This document shows positions 36,318-45,600 of a stretch of DNA of 64,000 bases, piece after piece; within the stretch, counting starts at the first letter, position 1; each line of letters begins with the position of its first letter. Origin of the DNA: a bacterium. GTDB lineage: Bacteria; Patescibacteriota; Minisyncoccia; Phycocordibacterales; UBA2100. Made by a program: the position numbers and the translations under genes. The stretch covers positions 1,800-65,799 of the forward strand of contig RFQR01000006.1 in NCBI GenBank assembly GCA_009924895.1, in the 5' to 3' direction. The notes below the pieces were generated by a model. The model saw only the letters and a list, made by a program, of their open reading frames with translations, was not told the origin of the DNA and did no database searches.

Positions 36318-37070
36318 ATGCCTGGTTCTAATAACTCCTCGAAGAACCTGGATGAACAACTTTTAAAAGCAATTGCAAGTGATGAATATGGTAAGGAGAA
36401 CAATAATGAGATTCAAGAGCTTATAGATGAGGGGGCCGACGTGAATGCTGAGGATAAGGATGGCTTCACCGCTCTGATGATAGCGACTCACGAGGGCAAA
36501 TTGGAGGTCTTCTATAAGCTGTATAGACTAGGTGCCAAAGTGGATGCTAAGAGTAAGGATGGCATCACCGCTTTGATGGTAGCGAGTGCGACGGGCAATG
36601 AGGTTATCGTGAAGTATCTGTGTGACAATGAGCGTGATCCCGATGTGAATGCTAAGAGTAAGGATGGCTACACTGCTCTGATGTTTGCCTGTGAGAGTGA
36701 GAAGGGCGACCTAGAAATAGTCCGTGAGCTGTTAAAAGCGGGAGCAGACCCAAGATTAAAAAATAAGAAAGGAATAAGCGCATATTTCTTAGCAAAAAAA
36801 CCAGCCATTATAGAACTATTATCAGAAAGAATACATGAATTATTCAATAAATTTCCAAATAATAATGGGAATGAGAAGAATAATGGGAATAATAATGGGA
36901 ATGAGAATCTATTAGAAAAGGTGTACCCCCCACAAATTGTGACTAGGTCACCCGAACTAGCTAATAAACGTAAAAGCTTTCTAGCCAGATTATTCGGTAA
37001 GAAAAGTGGAGGAACGTTGCGATTGAAAAAAGGAAAGAGAACATTGAAAACAAGAAAGAGAACCCGCTAA
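36318..37070 (+). CDS. Ankyrin-repeat protein with an Asn-rich tract and the shared GGTLRLKKGKRT tail.
   Basis: DGFTALMIATHEGKLEV..., DGITALMVASATGNEV..., DGYTALMFACESEKG... Confidence 0.7.
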   Translation: MPGSNNSSKNLDEQLLKAIASDEYGKENNNEIQELIDEGADVNAEDKDGFTALMIATHEGKLEVFYKLYRLGAKVDAKSKDGITALMVASATGNEVIVKYLCDNERDPDVNAKSKDGYTALMFACESEKGDLEIVRELLKAGADPRLKNKKGISAYFLAKKPAIIELLSERIHELFNKFPNNNGNEKNNGNNNGNENLLEKVYPPQIVTRSPELANKRKSFLARLFGKKSGGTLRLKKGKRTLKTRKRTR

Positions 37071-37262
37071 TTTAATACACGAACATCATTCCGCCCCGCC
37101 CACCATACACACGAAATATGTTATACGTTTCTGCCCACACAAAAACTTGGAATACAACTTGCACAAAGGGCAGGTGGTGCGCGTAGAACTCGAACTCATT
37201 CACGCTCTCAATCAAAGACTCGCAAGCCTCGCTCTCATTCAAGAACTCGCCGTTCCAAAAAT
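37000..37262. repeat. Copy 2 of the same module, with a 21-bp insertion and the SR-tail segment transposed downstream.
   Basis: Near-identical sequence at 37000-37148. The cgaactcattcacgctctc...segment reappears at 37187-37260 in no ORF. Confidence 0.8.
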
Positions 37263-37461
37263 AGTATCTAACCAATATTCTCCAAAGTTATAGTTTGGAT
37301 ATCTGTGATGTAATATATATAGAACCAGATATAATACGTTACAATCGATGTCAGTCTTAAGGTAAGAATACTCCTCGAGTGTTCTTACCTTTAGCACTTG
37401 CTAGTAAAATTGGCTAGGACACCCAAAGCTAAAACGATACAAGGTATTAGAACTCGGTCCT

Positions 37462-40400
37462 ATGGAACTCTTTTCAGCGGAGGCCGAAAATATTAAGAAA
37501 AAAGTGGAAGAATGGATTACACATCCCGAATATGAGCTGGAGGCAACATTTGGCGCAACAGGAGAGGTGGATTCCACCACCTTTCTGGCGGTGGCTCAGC
37601 GGCTTCGTGCCAAAGGGTATGCGTCCCTTCCCCAAGAAGATCGCCTTACAGTTATCACCCCGGAACACGTGCGCTTCACTATAACAAGTCTTGGAGTTAT
37701 TCAGGCCTATTGTAAGGATGATACGATGACCGGTAAGCCTTATACTGTCATGATTAAAGACCGTGCCACCGCCGACGCGCAGATTGATTTGGAAGATTAT
37801 GATACGCGCATTAAAGTTCGTCGAGAGCGTGATATGGCGCAAACAGATGCATCCGTGAAAAAGCTATTAGAAACATGGGCTCAACAACGCAAGGCGTTTC
37901 GTATGATTCGGCGCTGGTCGTTTCATTCCGATGGTATTCGTATTGACATGTCTATTGTGAGGGCGACTGCGAAGCTGCGGAGTGGGGAGTTCCGATGGCA
38001 GCGCGCCTTTCGCGATCAGGATGTCATGATGAACGCCCCCAACTATGAGATTGAAGTCGAGTTGGAGCATCTTCCGGGTGATACGGCGGATATTGCGATG
38101 AAGCGGCTCATTCGCGGTATTGGCGAAGTGCTTCGCGGAATTCAAAAGAATACCGTTCTCATTCGCAAAGAAACGCGGAAGAAAGTTCTTGCAGCCTACC
38201 GCGAGTTGACTGGTTCCGATCTCTTCCGTGGCCCCGCCTTGCGCACACTTCGAAAGGAGAACTTTGTCAAAGAGCGAACTGCTAAGACGCCGAATATACG
38301 CGATGGCTATAATGTGACGGACAAGGCGGATGGACTTCGTTGCATGGGTTTCGTAGACGCAAAAGGAGACTTGTATCTCATTGACATGGGAATGAATGTG
38401 TATAGAACAGGTCTTCGCAATCTTGCACTGCGCCTGTCTCTTGTAGATGGTGAATGGGTAACGCAGACAAAGGATGACCCGCCCAAACCTATGCAGCAGT
38501 TTCTAGTCTTTGATATTCTATATATGACGGATAAACGGAATGTGAGTCAGTTTCCATTTGAAGCTGGCGCAACGCTTCTAGTAGAGGGAGAACCGCCTCC
38601 TATTGCACCTCCTCCAGAAGACAGCCGACATTACCAGCTCAAATCCTGGATTACCACATGGAATAAGGACGAGGGGCCGAAAGTTATGACTCCTGGGTTG
38701 ACGCCTACAACAAAACTCCAGGTTGCCGCAAAAGAATACTTCTTTGCAAAGGCGGGGAATGATAGTATCTTTCGTATGGCGGCGCGAGTATTGGCGGCCG
38801 CAAGACCCTATTATACAGACGGTCTCATCTTTACTCCCAATGCGCTACCTCTTCCTGAACGCCCTGCCGCCACCTTTTGGGAACAGTTCAAATGGAAGCC
38901 GGCCGAAGATAATACAATTGACTTTCTGGTGGTGACAGAGAAACAAACAGGTTCTAAAACACAGGATAAGGTGATTGCAGGAATCAAACCAGGTCCGTCT
39001 GCTGAAACAGTGAACTATAAGACACTTCGTTTATACGTGGGTTCTAATACGGAAAATGCGCGTGATATTATTCTGAATCGGCGTGATATGCCCAAACGCG
39101 ACCGCACGCCGTATGGGGCAAAAGGAAAGAAAGAATATAAGCCTGTTATATTTACACCCAAAGAGTTTCCAGATCCTATGGCGGCCATATGTCGTCTTCC
39201 TATTCAAACCGACCCTGATACGGGAGAGCAATATATTATGACAGAAGACACGGAAGAACCTATACAAGATAAAACGATTGTGGAAATGGCATATGACCCG
39301 GCGCAACCTCCTGGATGGCGCTGGAAGCCCCTACGAGTGCGTATGGATAAAACGGAGCGTCTACAGCGGGGGACGCTGAGTCGAACTCTCAATTCAGAGG
39401 GAGTGGCAGAGGATGCGTGGAATAGTATTCACGACCCAGTCACGGCATCCATGATTAAAACGGGTGCGGATCAGCCAACGGACGAGGAGATGGCGGCTAT
39501 TCGTCGTGATTCGTCGGGTTCTGCGCGTAAATACTTTGACCGCGAAGAGCCTGTTATCGACGAGGCCTTGGTAGAGGGTATGAAGAAGTTTCATGGGCGT
39601 TATATTCGCGGAGAGATTCTCTATAGGGCGGGGCTGTCCGGTGGAAAAACGCTGATGGATGTAGCGTGCGGAGTTGCAGGGGATCTTCATAACTGGATGC
39701 GCGCAGGAGTTGATTTCGTTCTGGGGATTGATTATGCTGCGAAAAATATAATGGACTCGCACGACAGTGCCTATACACGCTATATGAATCTGGCGATTGA
39801 AAGGGGGGGATTGGATTCCATTCCACCCATGGTGTTTGCGATTGCAGATTCCACAAAACCATTGGTGGATGGAACTGCGGGAAATAATGAACAAGAGAAA
39901 GATATTCTGCGTTCCGTCTTTGGAAAAGTGAAGCCAGCCGGCTCTGTTCCAGCGTATGTAGAGGAAGTGGGTGCGTCAAAACTGAAGATGGGGGCAGATT
40001 GTATTACATGTATGTTTGCCATCCACTATTTCTTTGAAACGCCTGATAAACTAAATGGGTTCTTGGAAAATCTGTCGCAGACGTTAAAAGTGGGCGGATA
40101 TTTCATTGGATGCTGTTTTGATGGGCAAAAAGTGTTTGATATATTACGCGAAGTTCCAAAGGGGAAGTCTAAAACAGGGATGGAGGGAGATACCGTTTTA
40201 TGGGAGATTACAAAACAATATGATGCAGAAGATATCCCAGAGGGTTCTGAAGCTATTGGTCTAGGTGTAGATGTGAATTTCATTTCGATTGGTATGCCAC
40301 ATCGCGAATATCTTGTGCCCTTTCGCCTGTTAGAAGATAAGATGCGACTGATCGGTTGCGATCTTCTTACAACTGACGAATTGAAGAAACTCGGATTGGT

Positions 40401-41394
40401 GAACTCGACAGCGACGTTTGATGTGTCATGGGATATGGCAAAAAAGAATGGCACTACGTATAAAATGAATACGGCAGTGAAAGAGTTTTCCTTCTTAAAT
40501 CGGTGGTTCATCTTCAAGCGAAAGCGCCAGGAGACGGTGGTAATAACGGAAGTAGCACAAAAGGAGGTGACTCCTATACAATCAAATCTAGGAAGAATGG
40601 GTGCGGCGAGGGCCAGGGCAAGTGCCGTGGCAAAGGCGGCAAATACAATACAGGGGCAGGCGCCAGAAAAGTCACAGGGGCAGACGCCAGAAACAAATGA
40701 TATGCCCGCTTCAAGGACGGTTGGTGTCGCCCCAGGCCCTGCCACACCCCCCGCAAAGAGCTATACGATAGGCGAAGTCTTCCAGTTCTATTCCGATGCT
40801 CCTACTGCAAAAGATATTCTTGGAATAGAGGATAAAGGTGCCGCTCGCTGGCTATCGCCTTCTGCTCCCTTTCCTATCAAAGATGGCGACGTGCAATATC
40901 CATCCATGGAACATTATATGGGGGGTATGCGCGTAAAACTTGCCACAAATAAGCCTGAACTTGCAGAGAGTATGTTTAGTCGAGAAGGAACTATACATCA
41001 ACGCTTTCTGAATGATCGCCTTGGTATGACAAACGGTGGAACAAAACAGCTGACCGAAGAACAGGACCATGATATAATGAATGCAGAACTCGCCGCCGTG
41101 AAAGCGGCAATGGGGGTTCTCTCCCTGAAACGACACCGCGCTACAGTGGATGAAGCTACGTGGGCCACTGTAAAAGACAAAGTGATAGAGGATGCATTAA
41201 AACAACGGTGGACATTGGACAAGCGCTTTCGCAAAATCGTTGAGACTGCGCGTAACCAAGGAAAGTATCTCTTATATTATAGCCCTGGGGCTACGACAAA
41301 CTTGGGTGGAAGACGTGATAAAGACACGGGCCACATCGATGGGGAAAATAGGATTGGAAAGGCGATTATGAAACTTGCGGGGTATCCTGAATAA
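37462..41394 (+). CDS. Trifunctional mRNA capping enzyme (TTM RNA triphosphatase, guanylyltransferase, cap N7-methyltransferase) with an additional C-terminal NADAR/YbiA-like domain.
   Basis: EYELEATFG (triphosphatase), KADGLR (KxDG GTase lysine), VLDVACGVAGDLHNW (SAM motif I). C-terminal FQFYSDAP...WLSPSAPF...YPSMEHYMGGMRVKLA matches the DUF1768/NADAR signature. Confidence 0.9.
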   Translation: MELFSAEAENIKKKVEEWITHPEYELEATFGATGEVDSTTFLAVAQRLRAKGYASLPQEDRLTVITPEHVRFTITSLGVIQAYCKDDTMTGKPYTVMIKDRATADAQIDLEDYDTRIKVRRERDMAQTDASVKKLLETWAQQRKAFRMIRRWSFHSDGIRIDMSIVRATAKLRSGEFRWQRAFRDQDVMMNAPNYEIEVELEHLPGDTADIAMKRLIRGIGEVLRGIQKNTVLIRKETRKKVLAAYRELTGSDLFRGPALRTLRKENFVKERTAKTPNIRDGYNVTDKADGLRCMGFVDAKGDLYLIDMGMNVYRTGLRNLALRLSLVDGEWVTQTKDDPPKPMQQFLVFDILYMTDKRNVSQFPFEAGATLLVEGEPPPIAPPPEDSRHYQLKSWITTWNKDEGPKVMTPGLTPTTKLQVAAKEYFFAKAGNDSIFRMAARVLAAARPYYTDGLIFTPNALPLPERPAATFWEQFKWKPAEDNTIDFLVVTEKQTGSKTQDKVIAGIKPGPSAETVNYKTLRLYVGSNTENARDIILNRRDMPKRDRTPYGAKGKKEYKPVIFTPKEFPDPMAAICRLPIQTDPDTGEQYIMTEDTEEPIQDKTIVEMAYDPAQPPGWRWKPLRVRMDKTERLQRGTLSRTLNSEGVAEDAWNSIHDPVTASMIKTGADQPTDEEMAAIRRDSSGSARKYFDREEPVIDEALVEGMKKFHGRYIRGEILYRAGLSGGKTLMDVACGVAGDLHNWMRAGVDFVLGIDYAAKNIMDSHDSAYTRYMNLAIERGGLDSIPPMVFAIADSTKPLVDGTAGNNEQEKDILRSVFGKVKPAGSVPAYVEEVGASKLKMGADCITCMFAIHYFFETPDKLNGFLENLSQTLKVGGYFIGCCFDGQKVFDILREVPKGKSKTGMEGDTVLWEITKQYDAEDIPEGSEAIGLGVDVNFISIGMPHREYLVPFRLLEDKMRLIGCDLLTTDELKKLGLVNSTATFDVSWDMAKKNGTTYKMNTAVKEFSFLNRWFIFKRKRQETVVITEVAQKEVTPIQSNLGRMGAARARASAVAKAANTIQGQAPEKSQGQTPETNDMPASRTVGVAPGPATPPAKSYTIGEVFQFYSDAPTAKDILGIEDKGAARWLSPSAPFPIKDGDVQYPSMEHYMGGMRVKLATNKPELAESMFSREGTIHQRFLNDRLGMTNGGTKQLTEEQDHDIMNAELAAVKAAMGVLSLKRHRATVDEATWATVKDKVIEDALKQRWTLDKRFRKIVETARNQGKYLLYYSPGATTNLGGRRDKDTGHIDGENRIGKAIMKLAGYPE

Positions 41395-41710
41395 GGTCCA
41401 TCTTCAAAAGTCCAATAGGAATATGAAGAGCTGGCTCCTCTTCATCTCGTAGAACAGGCACCCATCCAATCAGGGCAAATCCCTTCTCGCTAATCTCTTT
41501 GTCAAATGTAGTATTTTCGTATGGATATGCATCACCATATGCTACGGGAATAAAATCATCTAGTTCTCCTATAAAATCCATAATACTTTTTTTAGCTTCC
41601 TCATACGATATATAGACTTTTTTACTCGCCTCAGGAATCTCAGGTATTGCATAGATGAACTCATCCGATGAAGAATCTTTAATAGCAATCATATACACAT
41701 GGCTTGTCAT
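41366..41710 (-). CDS. Small acidic hypothetical protein.
   Basis: 114-aa ORF whose 3' end overlaps the capping-enzyme stop by 29 nt. Confidence 0.3.
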   Translation of the reverse strand: MTSHVYMIAIKDSSSDEFIYAIPEIPEASKKVYISYEEAKKSIMDFIGELDDFIPVAYGDAYPYENTTFDKEISEKGFALIGWVPVLRDEEEPALHIPIGLLKMDLIQDTPQVS

Positions 41711-41782
41711 TTCTAATATACCATATATTCAGCTATAAAAAATTAAACGCACCTAAACTATACGTAAGGTATTAGAAAAAGA

Positions 41783-42619
41783 ATGCCACATCCTTGGCAA
41801 GAGTTGTCTATTGTGAATAAACATCCGCGCGATGATTTTATCCAGTTTGATGAACCTACGCATGTATATACAGTCAATGGGAGTTCCAAAGGAGTGATTT
41901 CGTGCACGAAGTTTCTTCATGAGTTCTTTCCTCACTTTGATGCAAAGGCGGTGATTGCAAAAATGATGGCTTCGCCAAAATGGCCTCAAAATAAATATTA
42001 TGGAAAGACGGCAGAACAAATTCAAAAAGAGTGGAATGACAATGGTGCTGCTGCAAGTGGAGCCGGCACAGCCATGCATTTGGCCATTGAACAGTTTCTT
42101 CACGGACATCCTGAGTTGATTGAACCGGGTGTTCTTCAAACTCCTGAGTGGCAGTATTTCACGAATTTCTGGAAAGATGCAAAAGAGGATTTAGTCCCCT
42201 ATAGAAGTGAGTGGGAAGTATGGAGCGAGGAATATAAACTTGCGGGTTCGATTGACATGGTGTTTTATCGTAAATCAGACGACTCCTATGTGATATATGA
42301 CTGGAAACGCTCCAAAGAAATAAAGAAAGAGAATAGTTTTGGAAATGGGTTTGGCCCCGTGAGTCATTTACCGGATTGCAACTATTGGCATTATACGTTG
42401 CAACTGAATGTGTATCGCTGGTTTTTAGAGACCTACTATGGTCTGAAAATCAGTGATATGTATATTATGATCTTTCACCCGGACAATGACGACTATAAGC
42501 GCTATAAACTAAATCGACTAGAGGAAGAAGTTCTGGAGATGCTGGCTGCCCGCTTAAGGGCTGTGCGGGAAGGGCGAGGGGTTGTAACATATGACAGGCG
42601 CGGGTCTAAGGCTTTCTAA
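41783..42619 (+). CDS. PD-(D/E)xK nuclease of the RecB/Cas4/lambda-exo (YqaJ-like) family.
   Basis: GTAMHLAIEQF, GSIDMVF...VIYDWKRSK (D...DxK), QLNVYRWFLE (QxxxY). Confidence 0.55.
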   Translation: MPHPWQELSIVNKHPRDDFIQFDEPTHVYTVNGSSKGVISCTKFLHEFFPHFDAKAVIAKMMASPKWPQNKYYGKTAEQIQKEWNDNGAAASGAGTAMHLAIEQFLHGHPELIEPGVLQTPEWQYFTNFWKDAKEDLVPYRSEWEVWSEEYKLAGSIDMVFYRKSDDSYVIYDWKRSKEIKKENSFGNGFGPVSHLPDCNYWHYTLQLNVYRWFLETYYGLKISDMYIMIFHPDNDDYKRYKLNRLEEEVLEMLAARLRAVREGRGVVTYDRRGSKAF

Positions 42620-45600
42620 ACCGCAGAAGAGAATCGGCTTTTTCATATATTTGTTTCAATCCTCGTGGCATATCGTCTCGAGTCAAAAACTGAGGTAGTT
42701 CGGGTGATAATAAAAGAAGGGCCGGTCCTTCTTCTGTGATTATAAATACGGGAACGCCAGGCGCGCTTGGTCGAATCGGTTTAAATGCCCTGTATTTTGG
42801 CGGATCTGAACGTATATCGATTTGTATGACGGGCATCGATATTTCATGTAGTATTCTGGCCAGGGTTTTATCATCCAGTTCTTTTGTATCAGGCCCTATT
42901 CCAAGCCCAGCAGATGTCATACCTATGGGCGCCAATAAAGTATCAAATGTCCCTCTTTTTAACCGAAGAGCTCCTGTTTTGGGATCCGGCTCCCCTCCCT
43001 GTAGAAAGTTCTCAAGCGTTGGAGGAAGTTTTGTAGACTCGTCTTGGGGGGCGAGAGGCGTGGCCGTCGCTATACGGGACATTTCTTCATAGAACTTCGG
43101 CACCTCCTCTTTTGTCGTTGCCCAATCCAGTCGTAACAGTTCATACCATGCAGCAGACTTCTCTGGATAAATGCGCTGATTCCCTTCAATCGTAACGGGC
43201 TTATCCAGGGTCGCTAATCGGCTCACATCTTGTTCCAACAGTTGCCGCCGTTTTTCCGCATAGCGCAATAGTTCTTCTATCAAACGAGCTAAAAGAATCT
43301 CTGGCGCTGATACGGCCTTTTCCTGCCCCCCCACGTGTGTTTCTTTTGGCACATGTAGAAGACATTTTCCCTTCTCTTCACGCCAAGCACATCGACCCCC
43401 GCACGCCTCTTTATTCTTGAAGTGACAGTCTACACGTAATAGGGATGTTTCATGTGACCGCTTTTTATCCTCCTCTGTAAAATCGGTTGTAATCCAGCTC
43501 TGAACTGTTTTCCATAAATGTATGGATAATGCCTTTCTCTTTTCATGCATGGGTAGTTTATGAGAGAAAATAATGCTTTTCAGCAGTTCTCTAAAGTCGC
43601 CACCATCCTCTTTGGCCGCTAACCAGTTTGAAAATCGTATACGCAGATGCTCAAATACTTCCTGAAATTCTATTTCATCCATTCGAGCCTTTTCACCAGG
43701 AACTTCTATAGATTCCTCTTTAAAGGATATGTCGTGATTTATTTTCCATTCCATCATTCCTACCGTAACAGACTCTAGTTTATTCTCTGTCATCAGCTTC
43801 TCCACAACATCCGGCTTCGTGGGTCCTACAGGAACGTACAGCCCATTTCGCAGTTGAATCGCCTCAATCTCTCCACTTTGCTGCCCTTTGACAATTCTTC
43901 GCGGGACATAGCCCTTATAAAGAGCAAAGTGTGGTTCTATGAACATTTTGTAAAACTGGAGGACTTGTTGTAGGGATGCGGGTTTAAACGCCGGATCATC
44001 CCAGTCTAGGAATAGATTCCCTTTTATAAAAAGCCTACCGTCGTCTACCACAGGTAATGCAATATATCCCTCCTGTGTTTTAAACTTATATACAAGTGCT
44101 CCTAAATGATTATATGCATCTCGTATGATTCCGACCATGGAAACACTGAGCTCTTTTATGAAAATGCTGTTTGAAATACTTGCAGGAATCATTGCCATTG
44201 GATGTATTTTACTTTGGGATGTATATGCCGCACGACCATTTGAGCTGCATTGATTCATATATTCTTGCAGGCGTTGTGTAACAATATCGGGCCAGACAGA
44301 TGCGTCAGTCATTTGAAATATAAGCGTAAAAATATCCATACCTCGTTGTTCGACGGAACGATTATCTACATAAAAGATTGGTTCCCAAATTCCTGACCAA
44401 TGATGCATGAGAAACGCCACATTATTTTGCGCCATAAGTTCTGCATTATACCCATAGGGTGGGCAGCGAACAGAGACTTTTCCAGATTTCAATATATCTA
44501 GCACAATAAATGTTGTTCCTACACCAAACGCTTTTCGTGTAATCAGATTTGATTGTGAAAGTGCTAATGCAAAATGTCTGAATTCCTTTTTCGTTTTATC
44601 GGATTTCAGCCATTCCTCAAAAGAATAATAACTCATATACGCACGCACAATGGCCTCCCTATTGGATTCATCCACATCTACTTGAAGTTCATCAGATGCC
44701 CATTTCATGATAGCTGAATCTTTGGGTCGTCGCAGGGTCGAGTTTGCAGGATCATAGAACTCCAACACCATATTTCCGTAGTTAAGACCTAAAAATATGC
44801 GCGGGGTTATTTTACTAAGTAGAAATGATTTCATTTGGTCTGCATTATTCAACATATAATAGGGCGCAACTGCGGCTAAAAAACTGTCATTCTGGAATCT
44901 GGCACGATTTTCTACTCCAATCCGTAAAAATCCTGTCCCACCCTCCTTTATTTTTTGAGGATTAAATGTGCGACTCACGAGTTGCGTAGAATCCTGGTTA
45001 AAATATGTATCAAATATGGGTGGAAGTAATCCTACTTGGGCTTCTCCTCTCGCCTTTCCCACAAGTAAACTAACATCGAGGGGCATTTTTTCCGCACCTA
45101 CAATGTATTTTTTTGTCACGCCTGCGAGTGTTACATAATAATCCAAAATAGGTATACCTGCATCATCTCTGGATGTCGCGATTTGTTCCTCCTCCTCGTC
45201 ACTATCCTCGAGGGTAACACTTTTTGTTTTTGTTTTGGGTTTCTCTCCCCATTCCCTATATCTATCAAACGCGGGATCCGTAAACTGAATAGGAGATTCT
45301 TCCATAAAACAACATGGGAGATAGAATCCTTCTGGATGCGTTTTGGCTTTTAAAAATTTTATATAGAGATGTCGTCGACCTGTATTCGGTTTCATCTCTC
45401 TTTCTAAGATCGTTTCACCCGCTTTAGGGTAACGGCGTGATTGAATCACTTTTCCTTTACAAAAAGGACATTCTCCAGGTCGTTTGGGAGCCCCCTTTGG
45501 TCGACGCATAACAGATGATTCCAGATCCGATTCTCGAATCATAATTTCATCTTTTGTGCAGAAATAGCGGCAACAGATATAATAGTTTTGATTTTGTGCT

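Noticed and set aside
39394-40745. Minus-strand ORFs of 141-239 aa within the capping-enzyme gene.
   Set aside because: They are antisense to a conserved multi-domain gene and have Pro/Arg-rich low-complexity composition.
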